Origin: Lingula anatina
Taxonomy: Eukaryota > Animalia > Brachiopoda
NCBI GenBank assembly: GCA_051362555.1
Contig: CM120644.1
Span: 6,270,954 to 6,334,953, forward strand
Direction of reading: 5' to 3'
DNA length: 64,000 nt
Part shown: positions 50,001 to 61,600 of the stretch, one piece after another
How positions within the stretch are numbered: position 1 is the stretch's first letter
Layout: each line of letters begins with the position of its first letter
Notes under the pieces: generated by a model
Seen by the model: the letters and a program-made list of their open reading frames with translations, nothing else
Databases searched by the model: none
Told to the model about the DNA's origin: nothing
Translations under genes and position numbers: made by a program

Positions 50001-52466
50001 ATGATAACATAAAAAGAACAACTCCTGTTGTCTCATGATATTGCACACAAGTAACATTGGGCTCTTAATTCACTGCAGATGCTCATACAAACTGGCACAA
50101 GGACAAACAGTTAAAACACAAAAAATTCATATAACTTTATTTACCTTTACTCTGTTCCAGATAGCCACATTGACCCACATAGCCTCCAACTACCTCAATG
50201 CTGGGCAGGAGGCCAAGAGACACGGGACAGGACATGAAAGTATTGTACCATATCAGGTAATTATCAAGGGCAGTTCCCTTAGTGGGAGGGGTGTAGGGTG
50301 GGGGGGGGGGGGGTAACAGGAGGCCAAGAGATGGGATGGGACTTGGATCTGCAAGGGTATCATTGTTAAGTTTAATTTGAAAAGCTTGCTTCACTTTATC
50401 ATAACAAAGTATATGGTAATTCATCGATCTTTGCGATGGGGAAAAAATAACCCCGCTCGGCTGTCACCTTGATTGGATAGTAAACGATTGTTGTAAAATC
50501 GCTTTATGATCGATTTAAAAACCGGGTGCATAAATTTGAAAACCACCAAGAACAACCTTCGACTGCCACATTAATCCAATACATAGCAAAAATAAACTAT
50601 AAAAAGTGGTTAAAGCATTCAAACCGAATGTCGTAAAGTCCCCATATACCTCCATAGAGACAATTTTATTGTTCGATTTGAATGCTTTAACCACTTTTTA
50701 TAGTTTATTTTTGCAATGTATTGGATTAATGTGGCTGTCTAAGGTTGTTCTAGGTGGTTTTCAAATTTATGCACCCGGTTTTTAAATCATAAAGCGATTT
50801 TATGTCAACTGTTTACTATCCAATTTAGGTGACAGCTGAGCGTGGTCCTGAAGGAAAATCTGTTATCATCGATTATATAGTATTACTAGTATTTAACTCA
50901 AACATTTTCCTGGCAGGCCTTCAAGACATCCGACGGCTACCTAACAGTGGGAGCAGGCAATAATATCCATTTTGAAGTTCTTTGCAAGGTGCCGTGTCAG
51001 GATTATTTTGTCTTTTTTCATTTCTTACATTTAAAGATTGATTGATTCAGATCTGTATTGTAAATTATCTTTAATTAAATAAAGTTTTATTTTCTTTATT
51101 TAAATAAAATCTTTTTCCATGCAATCCAATTTTGAAATTGAAGGAGTTCACTTCTGGAATTCATATTGCAACAGGGCTGCCTTGAGGAGGTTTTATTCTG
51201 TTAGTAAAATTTTAAATTACTTTTTTTTTTTGTTACAGAGAATTGGTATGGAAGAACTTTTGAAAAATCCTAAATATTCCAGCAATAAAAGTCGAGTAAA
51301 GCACAGACAGGAGTTGATAGAGGCGCTGGCACAAAGGTAATTTTCTCAATAGATATTTGTTGAAAAAGAAGACTTAAATACTTGTGCCCCTTTTAGTAAA
51401 ATCCAATACCCACAGTGTTAGGGCCTCCCCCTCTTCCAAATTGGTATTAATAATAATAATAATAATAATGATAATAATAATACTGCCGATACGGATATCA
51501 CCAAGTTAAGCAAATTCAACTTCTCTAGAAACAGGCTTTGATTCACAGTGTGGTGCTATTAAGAGTAAGGGTTCTGCCAGCCAGGCCTACCCCTACCAGA
51601 CACATGCCACGTCTGGTAGTTGGGTAGGCCTGGCAGGTGCTCCTTTTCAGATTGATGAAGAGGTTAAAGGGGCTGGCCATCATGTCCCTGAATTAGGCAG
51701 ACCCAGGTCCTCTAGAAACACGGTTTAAATATAACTTATGGTGACACATATTTATAGGTTCGCCCAGAAGTCCACTTCAGAGTGGCTGGAGGTTTTTGAA
51801 GGGTGTGGCATGCCCTACGGCCCTATTAACAACATGGAAGGCGTGTTTAACGACCCCCATGTCTTACAGACTGGTATTGTCCAAAAGATGGCGCACCCAA
51901 CAGCAGGAGATATCCGAGTGGTCGGTAAGAAAAAAATATTAAACTGTGTATTTTTGGGAAATAAGAAAACATTAAATCTGGGGGCCTTTCAGAAAACGAT
52001 CAAGTAGCCATTGCAGCACATATGGTAGGCCCCTCTGTGAAATAATGATACTGTGCTTTCATATCATGTGGATCATACTGCATTCATATTATTTGAATTA
52101 CTTCACCTTATTTGTATAAGACTGTAATTTTTATTAAATACTAATTATTTATGAAAGCTTTAGGTTACCCTCTGACCACAGAGTCCAGTTACAAAATTAT
52201 AGTAGACACATAGGGTAGCTTTGGGTTATGTTTTTTAGTTTACACGTAATGACTGTTCGGCGCAATATTTTTCATTCCATTTGTCGGAAGTGCGACATAT
52301 ACATTTTGTTTCAGGTCCAGCAGTAAGGTACTCGGACTTTGACCTGGTCCTCCAGTGCCCCCCTCCAACCCTGGGGCAACACACGGAGGAGGTGCTGCAG
52401 GAACTGCTGGGGTTTTCATCTAGTCAAATACAAGGATTGGCTGAGAAGGGCGTTGTCGGTCTATAA
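38579..52466 (+). CDS. SUGCT: Succinate--hydroxymethylglutarate CoA-transferase (CoA-transferase family III, CaiB/BaiF), ~438 aa
   Basis: Exons 38579-38681, 39469-39529, 39834-39907, 40386-40471, 40845-40895, 41167-41287, 41875-41966, 42279-42422, 50161-50256, 50917-50988, 51239-51336, 51758-51924, 52315-52466 (1317 nt, phases consistent); [50 protein letters not shown]; Arg-rich, acid-free N-terminus resembles a mitochondrial presequence. Exon 1 and the exon 2 acceptor (39460 vs 39469) are less certain. Confidence 0.95.
39106..39120 (+). promoter_or_regulatory. CTCF-like motif in SUGCT intron 1
   Basis: ccgctagatggcgct closely matches the CTCF core consensus; motif match only. Confidence 0.35.
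42969..44816 (-). CDS. TRIM-NHL E3 ligase A (RING, B-box2, coiled coil, NHL propeller; TRIM2/3-like annotation class), 615 aa, single coding exon
   Basis: C3HC4 [23 protein letters not shown]; B-box CETH..YCEDD..CGDC..H..H; NHL repeats ([14 protein letters not shown]); first ATG at 44816 (the ORF track start is a TTG). Confidence 0.93.
   Translation of the reverse strand: MAEALAAAFTDNLLTCSICLEEYEDPRVLPCYHTFCFGCISDHAKRTVTKDRNLLCPICRDEIRSPKKGLTELKKNFAFSKAKDIITQQQAERRKSENEQSNVAATTKVNAQFTNGCETHPGNELKYYCEDDDTVVCGDCALTDHYRHGILPVEKVAKSNRETIETALVKSLAKVNIFTEAVAKEGANEFEDSLFRKGTVNSIERQAQQICTLINERKETLILEVNSAYDVRKAKSEANKDFLELHHASLHSACDFAQQLVTYGTDSDIMVHAKTLTERLVSMENTPVLTPDTTAEISYSPGKISTSGLEAMLGQVTVQSKPPLTGLRTNPRSAPNLPVFLEKAECVHSFTTKLKDDTSKTFITGLATDEQFMYAVDWRNDRTKIFSYVGEFKFDIKLNKPFDVAVSQTGHLYITSKGDKCVKVYSTRGQQVTTMGHRQLEMPCGITLNRHGLVMVCDSKKKSIFAFHADSGQLLNTIPLTMCTTPQYITVNTVNDNIVISDLGKHCVHVLSPTGDQLYQYGTQGSGDGQLHAPWGMCTDSYGHIFIVDCYNKRIVTLSPQGQFIRNIATKDDGLEGPTTLTINPAGLLVVTEAQGNVKTFLTSPYNRYCTLTAI
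44876..45495. repeat. Diverged ~310-bp tandem duplication immediately upstream of TRIM A
   Basis: cttcctggtgcagctggttt and gcatctgtttatcagttaagggtga each occur twice about 303-313 bp apart. Confidence 0.85.
47443..49263 (-). CDS. TRIM-NHL E3 ligase B, paralogue of A, 606 aa, single coding exon
   Basis: [23 protein letters not shown]; B-box CERH..YCEED..CGDC; NHL ([14 protein letters not shown]); collinear with TRIM A. Confidence 0.93.
   Translation of the reverse strand: MARASAAALKDNLLRCNICRGECEDPRVLPCYHTFCYGCISDHAKKNTTSSRTFPCPSCSEEIQFPKDGLVALKKDFRTHAFSYSHRAEEVLSQLQQHKVISPHKDDVTKAISQMTIRCERHPGTELKYYCEEDDAVLCGDCVPNNFRHRILPIEKVANSSREKIQSELVKSTKKINKFKEALATEMPSEGKDNQIRAATIHSIEEQAQHICSLVNQRKDILISEVNAAYDTQRKQTDKDSLKLHHASLCRTCDFAQQLVVHGTDSDVMVHAKALIKRMEAMENIPVPTPDTHVQISFIPGKISLAGLEAMFGELTEQLQPTLAKHHATNPRSASHHSIFIEKTVCVHSFNVKLKDDNAEMYITGLAIDERHVFAVDKENGRTKVFSHAGKFMFDIKLKEPCGVAVSKTGKLYITSQREKCVKVYSTKGQQVTTMGQDRLEMPRGITLSIDHDHLLVCESKKKSIFTFNADSGQLLNTIPLRMCNSPEYITASLVNDNIVLSDFGKNSVYVIAPTGDQLHQYGTEGSGDGQLNWPCGVCTDNHGHIFIADFQNHRIVALSPHGQFIKYIATSDDGLKYPSALAINSIGQLVVAQQDGNIKTFKLFN
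50453..50842. mobile_element. Foldback MITE with ~175-bp inverted arms in SUGCT intron 9
   Basis: 50453-50628 is the reverse complement of 50671-50842 with few mismatches (e.g. gcaaaaataaactataaaaagtggttaaagcattcaaa / tttgaatgctttaaccactttttatagtttatttttgc). Confidence 0.85.
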
Positions 52467-52564
52467 GAGGGCGGGGCATGATGATGAAGTTTTCATCCAA
52501 TGAAATACAAGGATTGGCTGAGAATGACATGGTTGGTCTAAAAGAGGGCGGGGCATGAAGATGA
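52412..52564 (+). repeat. 77-bp tandem duplication spanning the SUGCT stop codon
   Basis: gttttcatc..aaatacaaggattggctgagaa..ggtcta(t/a)aagagggcggggcatga at 52412 and 52489. Confidence 0.9.
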
Positions 52565-55500
52565 CCATCTTTTCTAATTTCTATGTACTTTACGTATTTT
52601 ACTTACGGTGCATTTGAGTAATGAATAGGTATGCAAAGTACAGAGCCGGGTTCGATATTACTGCCGGAACAGATTAAAGTAAGAATAAGAAATTTTGATT
52701 CTGGGCAGTTTGAAAGATCAATTTTGATTATACGGTAATTGTAACCACATAGAAAACCGTGATTCTGGCTTGCTTGGACAACTCGGCGTATTGATGAACT
52801 CGAGATCGTTATGCATGGGGACACGGTAATGTGATGGATGGCTAGAGGCTTGGTGGAAGTATCATACCTGAGACAAAAATTATTACTAAACTAATGATTG
52901 ACTGCAAGGGGCGTGCTGCTATTTAGAGGGTTGTGTGGCTTAAAGGTTTGTGCTAGTATCGCTTTTGAGTATAAATCTGACACTAGTTTTGAATTAATTT
53001 TGAAACTGTGTAAGTCTGAATTCAAGCATAAGTTATCTAGTAATTATAGTAGGTAATAAATGGGAATATACAAATATGAATGTACGAATTTGACTGTGAT
53101 ATTTCAAGAGGTATATTTTAAGTGGCCAATGTGACTTATAGTAATTAAAGTTAATAAATGAAATGTGATTCTCTCACTTTTGTTTTATATTTTATTACAT
53201 AAGATATGGCTGAAAAAATGCTGAACACCACCTGGCCAAGCCGGATTGGTCCTCTCTGACACATATTTAACAGGAAATTTCAGGGGGGTGTTTTTTCCAG
53301 GCTTATTAGATATTTTAATAAAGTAAATGTACCTTTTTATTTATCAAATACCTGTTTTACCCCCTCGTTCAGAAGGCCCTATTTTGCACACAGAATTACT
53401 GCCCTCTCTTACACTAAATGTGAAATTCAAGCCGTAGGCTAATTTTTATATGTTACATTATATTTCTTCCATTTTGATTAAAACTGAAGTTTGAACGGTG
53501 AGTGGCACATAAATAGGGATTTTGTATGTTCACAATTTTTAAATTAAATCTGTCAAATTGAACAAAATGATTTGCTCATAACTTTTGGTAGTTTATTGGT
53601 CTTCTTATTTTTCTGAATGTTAGCCATTTGTTTTCACCATAATTTTGATTTCGTATGTTTCTTTCACAATACATTTGACCTTTGTGAGCTGCCAACCATT
53701 TTAATGTGTTTTAAAAATCAATTCCCCCTAAATTAGTTCTCAAGCACGCTGATAACGTTAACGAATCATTAAATAAAAAAGACAAAAGTCTAACGATGTT
53801 TTTTTATTTCTATACACAGATTACGAATTCCACAAATAGAGATTTTCAAAATATATGATAATATTCTTTATGGCACATAATTCAGTTGGAGCAGAGCTAA
53901 ACATAAAACATAATAATAATAAAAAAACTTCGGTGAATCTTTCCGACATATCTGAATCTAAAAGATAAACAGTATGAATTTTCAGTAATAAAAATAAGTA
54001 AACAGGTCATGTTGTCAATAAGAATCGTATTTTAAACACAAAATATTTAAACGTGATTTTAACACATTTTAATATGGTTAGAACACACCATTGCAAGTAA
54101 GGTGTTTGAGTGCACAGAAAATATCAAATATCAAAAAAGTTCAGAGAGTTTGCACCATTGAATTTTGTCTTCATTGAGTATTTCTCCCCAGCCATTCGTC
54201 TCTCCTTTATATTCTACTTCAATAGGTCTTTCCTCTTTTTTTTTTCTTGTATCTAAATATTTTGCAGGATTTCACGAAAAGTTGCAAATTAATTAATTCC
54301 TGTGCTTTATAACAATGCATATATTCAGTGTTTTTCGCTTTACCTCAGTCCGGTTAAACAACTGCATTAAGTACGCAAGTCATAACGTAGGACTGCACAA
54401 GTAACATTTGACTCCACTTTTAAAGAGATCTTCGTTGAAAAAACTAATCCCATAACTCAGAAACACGTGTTTTTCCTCGTATAGCCTATAATGTTGCCAT
54501 ATGGAATTTGAACATTTACTGTACAGCTAAATCTTAAACCTAAAGAATGAATGGTCTTAGTTTCATTGTCATGTTCGAATTTTTACGCCTAAACGTATAT
54601 AGCATATACATGTAACCAATAAACATTATCCACAAAGACTGTTTGTTGACAATCAAAAACACGTTGATATAAAACTATGTATTTCATAAGTTAATTAATA
54701 AATTAAAGAGTATATTTACACGTGGAGTACCTTATATTCAGCACCTATGAAAGAAATGTACAGATTTGTCATGGAGAGGCCATATCGTCGACATTATTCA
54801 AAGGCTCACAGTGCGCTTTAGATGTTTATATTTCTACATATAGCAAATAAAACTAATTTTCCTCGGCATCAGCAGTTTTCATTTTAACAACAAGGCCTAC
54901 CACATCCTAAGCCTTTGATACAATTACCATAAATAAACCAGTTTTCGGAACTAGAAACATACGTGTATTACTAAATAAAAGCGTAATTCTGTGAACGGTT
55001 TTGGATATGTTATATCTTAGAAATTACGAGGGAAATTGGTTCGTTTTTGCTATATTAAGGTACCGGTCTAAAGCGCATTATGTGCTTTTATCAAGAATTA
55101 CAGTAAGATTACGACGGTATACAACTTGTAATAGTTGGTACATATACTGTACTGTACATGGTACGTGGACCCTTTTGTACAAACATGGAATGTTATCACA
55201 CAAAAAATAGCAGGTATTCGGACACGCACTTGGGCCGAGTCTTAAACGTGTTCACAGAGAGGCTTATTACTATTCCTGTATATAACAGTTCTTGTGTTAT
55301 GCCTCTAAAGAAATCCACTTTAAATCAAATCGAATTTCATCCACGGAGTGTCTACAGAGGGATTTCTCTAGACTGGCAATTTTCTACCGTCGTCCTATAA
55401 CGCAGATAGACTCGAACTTGCATGACCACATACGCACAGACATTAAGAACAACACTGATACTGTGGGGGAGGGGAGAGGGAGAGGTGGATCCATTAAAAT

Positions 55501-55606
55501 GTATTCTACATATGGCAAGTTTTTCGCATTGTCAAATTTGTCGTTTGTTATATTGGTCTTACTGATATACCAGCACCCGGTTTTAAGGCCAAAACTTGGA
55601 ACGCCC

Positions 55607-58600
55607 TCACGAAATAACACATGCCCGTGACTTCTGCGCCATTCGTCCCTTGCCAACAAACCGTGACACCTGCATAGCGCCATCTAGACTCAGCTTTCCA
55701 TTGGCTCGTCCGGTAGCGCTCCCCTGCTTGGGACTACTTCCAGGACTCGAGACGTAATTCTGTCGGCTTGGCAAGGACTGCAGAAACTCTTCGCCTCCCA
55801 GGCTGTCGGGATCGGCAATGGTAAGCATAGTCAAGCTGCCGTCAACGGCCCCAATCACGATGGAGGAGCCGCCACCAGTGCCCGCTATTGCGGTGATATC
55901 CGCATGCGCCTTGTAATTGGCGATCCGTTTACCGTCCGTGACCCTGAAAACCTGAATAGTGCGGTGACCGGAGTGGTAGTAGATGACATGCTGGTCATTC
56001 TTGGTGAACATACAGTTCACGCTGAAGACTCCCTCGGCCACTCTTGGGATTAAGGTCTTGGCCACCTTCCCCGTTTTGAGATCCAGAAGTTCTAACCCGC
56101 CGCGAGAGGGGGCGTATAGCCCGTATTTACCGTTCTGCGTGCAGAGTCCGTTCCATTTGGGGATGGAGCGTACCAGAGATTTTTTCTTGATGTCAAAAAT
56201 GTTGCCCTTTTCGGAGTCAATGAGTGCAACTTGGGTGGGTTCATTGGGCATTGCCACTAACTGGGTGAATTCCTTGTAACTGTTATACTTCAGCTGGACA
56301 TTGTAGATGAAGGCACCCGTTTTGCCTTGAAACACGCCCAGAACTTCGTCATTCTTTTGCACAGCGGCGACCACGACGAAGACACCGTCCTTGCTTAGCA
56401 CCGCCCTTTTGAACTTCTTGAAGCTATACTCAAAACTGTATACAGTGTCCCCTTCGGGTATGGTCCTGCAGGTCACGCGGGCTTTGGTGCCTGCAGAGCG
56501 AGAGATGACCGTGTATTTCTCATCCCCTTCGTTCAACTCCAGCTGAAGCACCTCCTTCTCCGGATCCTGCCGAACGATCTTCGCCTGCGGGAGGTCCCAG
56601 ATAAACACGTTGTTTGACTCGGCGCTGATGACGTACTGAGCTTCCGCCGTTATGCACGCATGCGTGACTATGGAACTGTGGGAACTGCTTGAGAGAATCT
56701 TCTGAAGGTGTCCGTTTTCGAGATTCCATACCCCAATGTTGTTCCGGGTGGTTGTTACCCCCAAATAAGCGTAGTTGGCCAGGCTGAGAGATTCTATGGG
56801 TTTTTCGTGGCGGTCTATTGTGTGAACATCCTCGTAGATGTTGTCGAAGTTCCACACCTTTATGGTTTTGTCGATTGAAGAAGAGATTACCTGTGATAAA
56901 ATATCAGCAAAAGTGATTATTCATGAAATGAGACAAGTTCACATAAATGGTAGAAAAAGATAAGCAAAAGCCCAAATAAATACTTGCATTTTGATAATCT
57001 GTCCTTCCTTTTCGCTAAAATGACAGAATGTGTTGAAAACAATTGCTATATCTAAATCAATGTCCAACTGAATATGCAATAATTTGGGCTAAAATTGAAT
57101 TATAATTACAAACCACCAGCAGGCCTACCTTATTCATGTTGTTGGACGTCACAGCCTGTAGCGCAATTATACGCCCGAAATGTGCATCAAGGGTCTTCAC
57201 GAGATTCCCGTTCTTGACGTCCCAGACATAGAGATTCTTCCGCACACCCGCCACCACGAAATAGCTGTGCTTTGTGAAGTTAACGACGCCGGTAAGTTGG
57301 TTCTTGGTCGGAATGTTCCGGATTCCAGACGGAAGTTTCAGGTGCTTGACCTTTAAAAAAGTTATGATAAGGGCCTATTCACTTTAAAATGCACCTGTTA
57401 TGTAATCAATCAGCATTGTATTTTGAAATAAATGCTTGATAGCCAACACGTACGCAGGCGTAATATTCAAAATAAAACATTACATGCTACCTTGTTCATA
57501 TTGTTGAAAACCCTGACATAGCGCAATAATGCATAAATAACAGAAATACAAAAGTGACTGCATGAGTTATCCTATCCTCACTATTCCCGGGTAATGCTAG
57601 AGTAACCTATCATTGCTCCCCTCACCTTGTCTGTCTTCAGATCCCACAGTTTGTACCCGGACGCTATGGTGGCCACGAGATACGTCTCCTCCTCGCACAG
57701 AGTCAGGGCGAACACTGGGTCGTGGTTCTCGTCCAGGGTACGGTTGTACCTAGGGATGGTTAGGAATGGGTTAAAACCACACTAAGTGCGATCGATCTCT
57801 ATATTTGACCCTCGGACTCGTAAGTACACTGTTCTGAATGCGGCCTGTATAGCACAAATTCAATTTTCATGTTAATTCCTAAAGGTCAAGATATGCATTA
57901 CTGTTCATAAAATTACGATCTTTATACATACTATATATGTATAAAAACGCGTTTTTAGTTATAAGCCACAAGGAGACTGATTATGGTAAATCTCTCACAA
58001 GACGGTGAAAATTGTTGTAAGATCACTGTTTCCAGAACAATGTGGGTAAGGTATGGCTTGGGATGAAGGGAAATTGCTGAAAATACCGGATATTCATTAT
58101 CTGCGGTAAAACTTCCATGTGCATTGTTTAGAGTTAAATAATTCAACATTCGTGGTATATCTATCTAAAGCATCATTCTGGTTGTAAAAGTGACATCGTG
58201 CTGATTGCAGTAGTTGAGATCTAGTTCTGCATTCCGGAATATTTAATTCCTAGTGCTATAACATCTTTTAGAGGGGGAAATAATCTTAACCGGCTATGCC
58301 TACTGTAACACAAGATGTGGCATTATGTTTGATATGATTATACAAGGACACCTACCTCCAGGCTCCGTTGTCTCTCTTGTAGACGGCGACGCAGTTGTCG
58401 CTGATTTCAATACAGCAGTATATGGTTGACATGTCTTGAGCGATGGCCATTGCACTGTGGAATTCGAACGAGTCCACTGTCCCATTTTGCACCTGATGCA
58501 AAGAATGTGAAAGACTTGTTAACTGACTGATCATGTTATGCATTAATCAAAACTCGTTTTAAGTTAACGGGGGGACCCAAAGGGAGAGGATGCAGAGGAC

Positions 58601-61600
58601 ACCTGGCACGTCTCCTCTTACTTTCTGAGGTAACCAATGGACCAGAGCACAGCAAAAAGAGACCCGACTACTTGTTAATAATTGTCTCGTGGCAGATATT
58701 TTTACTGGTACTGTTGTACCCCACTCCCACTCCTGGAGCTGCCATGTTTCACTTCAAATGAATTTTTTACGTTCGTGATTAACTTCAATGCATAAGGTAA
58801 ATAAATGTGATATCCACGCGAGTCTTCGTTATTGACGCAGCACAGCTGGTATCGCAGGTATACACTCACCTCAAACGTCATGTCATTATCATCCTCCTCT
58901 CCACTCTTCAGCACCATCACGTGTTGCCCATCATTCCCAAGATGCATTTGTATTAATGGCGACTCTTTGGGAACCTGGGCCTTTGATACGAGCACCGCAT
59001 CCATCGTGTACAGGTACCACTCGTATGCTGTGTACACTGCAAAATGCGTGTTGCTGACAGAACTCCCCAGAATTGGCTCGGAACCCTCTACAACTTTCTC
59101 AAGCAGCATGAAATCCCCAGTCATTATAGTACAGATGACAACCTGGTTGTTATTGGTGTACCCCACCGCCATCTTGTCGTTGGGGCTGAGACCCAAATTC
59201 TGCATAATGCCTTCGATGCCTGGTATCACGGTCCGGAACACCTCCCCAGTGCTCAAGTCCCAAATTATAATCCGGTTGGAGACTGAGATGAGGTAACGGG
59301 TGTCTGACGTCACGCCAATCCCAAAAGGTGCAAACGGATGTCCCTCTAGGCTATACTGCAGTGGCCCTCCGGGAGTGTGGAGGCAATGGTATGAGGGGAC
59401 CAGCGCGCAGTACTGCACCCCGACACTATCGCATTGCTGAATCAAGGCCCGTATCTTTTGGTGCGTGTTATAATACGGCAGCAACCTCCCCGTTATTTGT
59501 GGACCCAGCATGGCCGGGTGATGGGCCAAGACAGAACCGGACAACCGCAAGGTGTCCGATAGCAACTTGGTGTCCTTGTCGAAGACATAGTCGAGGGCGT
59601 CCTCGAAGTCCTGTAGGGAGGCCTGGAGGGGCATGCTGCTGAGTTTGGCCAGGAGGAACTGGTAGTTGAAGAGACAGTGTTGGTAGAGATCGTCGTACCT
59701 GTGGGATCGGATCAGCTGGAAGGGTAGCTCACTGAGTTTGCGCAAGTTGTACCTGCAGGGAACAAAAAATGTCACAATAGTGTTCATTAGCAATCACCTT
59801 TTTAAGCACAGTGTATGCGATGCTGTCTTGTAAGTCTACAATATATGTTCTTTACCTATGCGCAGTGCTATTCTTTGTAGTAATAAAGGGTTTATCTACG
59901 CCAAGCTATAAATCCTACGTACAACTAATATCCTTTGAATTGGGGTGGGATGAAAGAGGGGCTGGAAAAGGGAAGCATATGGAGATCTCTCTTAATGGAA
60001 GGCAATCACCAAGAGATAGATCAAAGTGGTTTGTAATTGTTCAATCAGTGGTTTACCTGGTAACTTTACCCTGGTCGTCATAGAACATAGCAGGTTGGAT
60101 CGGCAGTTTTCGGTCACTTTCGCCGTACTTGTCCTCGAGTCCAAACCTTTGTCTTTGCAAATCTGAGTATTCAAATGGTTTTGGTTTCCCGCCGCCCCAA
60201 GTCCCCAGGAAATATTCGGCAATGTTCGAGTGTATCTCGCTGAGGAAGTTAAGATTTCGGAAGTAGCGTTCACGAGATGCGTCGATAAACTGGCGATGGT
60301 ACCAGTTAACCACGCTGACCCCGTCTGCTTCCCTTTCAGACAGGTACCCAGGGAGGTCACTCCGTAACCTGGTCCAAAGCAGCGGTGGGATGCGCCTCAC
60401 TGGCGGCAGATGGTACTGGTAGACGTCATTCAAAACCTTTTCGTCCAAAGAGAGCAGATCCTCGAGCTCTGCCTCACTGACGCCACTCTTGGACGCCGTG
60501 ATGTACCCGAGTGCGTGAGACACCAACGTTTTGCCGTGCTGGATCTCAATTCTGTCAAAGAGCTTGATGATGGTGTCGTGGATTGTATAGCATAGAGTCG
60601 TAAGTTGCGGCTTGCTATAGGATTTCCAGCGGCAGATCTCGTCACAGACCAGCTTCACAAATAAAGGGAGATTACACTTTGAGATTGCCTCGTTGACGAT
60701 TTTCCACTGCTCCTCTGTGATTGACCTTAAATGATTGATTTATAAATAATATGACAATATGAATAATATACCAAGCACTCTCAAATCTTTTACACAAGAG
60801 AGGAAGAAGAGAGCAAAAACTTTTTTCGTCATATTAAGGAATACTTTACACAAATACCTATATATTTGCTCGTCTAAACGGTAAACCATGACATTGGGAT
60901 ATGAATCACGCTCCAAGGGTTTATATTTAGTTATAAAACTATATTACTTTTACACAAGGGACAAAAAAACTATTTTGTCGTACATAAGGGGATAGTTTCA
61001 CACAAGTACCTATTTGCACGTCCCAACCACGACCTCAGTATGGCACTTCCAAGGTCCTGACCAAGAGGAGTGATGATAACGAAATTCCCCTCTTCCGATA
61101 TCATCCTCTTCAGGGTGTCTAAAATGCTGAAATAGTTCGGAAGCGTAGAGACTATGATGCGGACATTCTTCGGAAGACTCATCGGTAACCATGCCAACTG
61201 GTGGGCCCCGTCCGTTCCAGATAATTGATCCAATGAGTCTAAGAATATCACCAGAGGGCGCAACTCAGTCACGCACGTCAGGAGCTTCTTGAAATGCTGG
61301 CACAAGGGGGCAAGTTCGTTTGGAATTTCGGTCATGTCTTGGCAGTAGACGTGCGCTATCTGGTGGCAGAGACTTTTTAGTAGTGGAATGATGCTGGAGC
61401 TGTCAGGGGAAGTTCCCAGGAAACGGATGATCATGACTGGGGCCACTGTGTCCGGGTACCAGTCAGGTACCTGGAATAGAAAAGAAGCATGTGACTTTGG
61501 TACATTGTGTTAGGTGTGAATTTTGTGGTCCTTAGTACCTCGCCACCACCACATATACACACACACAGTGCACAAATCTTAGATCCCCCAGGACCCGACA

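Noticed and set aside
43303-60645. Plus-strand ORFs overlapping the TRIM and NWD coding regions
   Set aside because: Antisense shadows of real coding exons with no independent features
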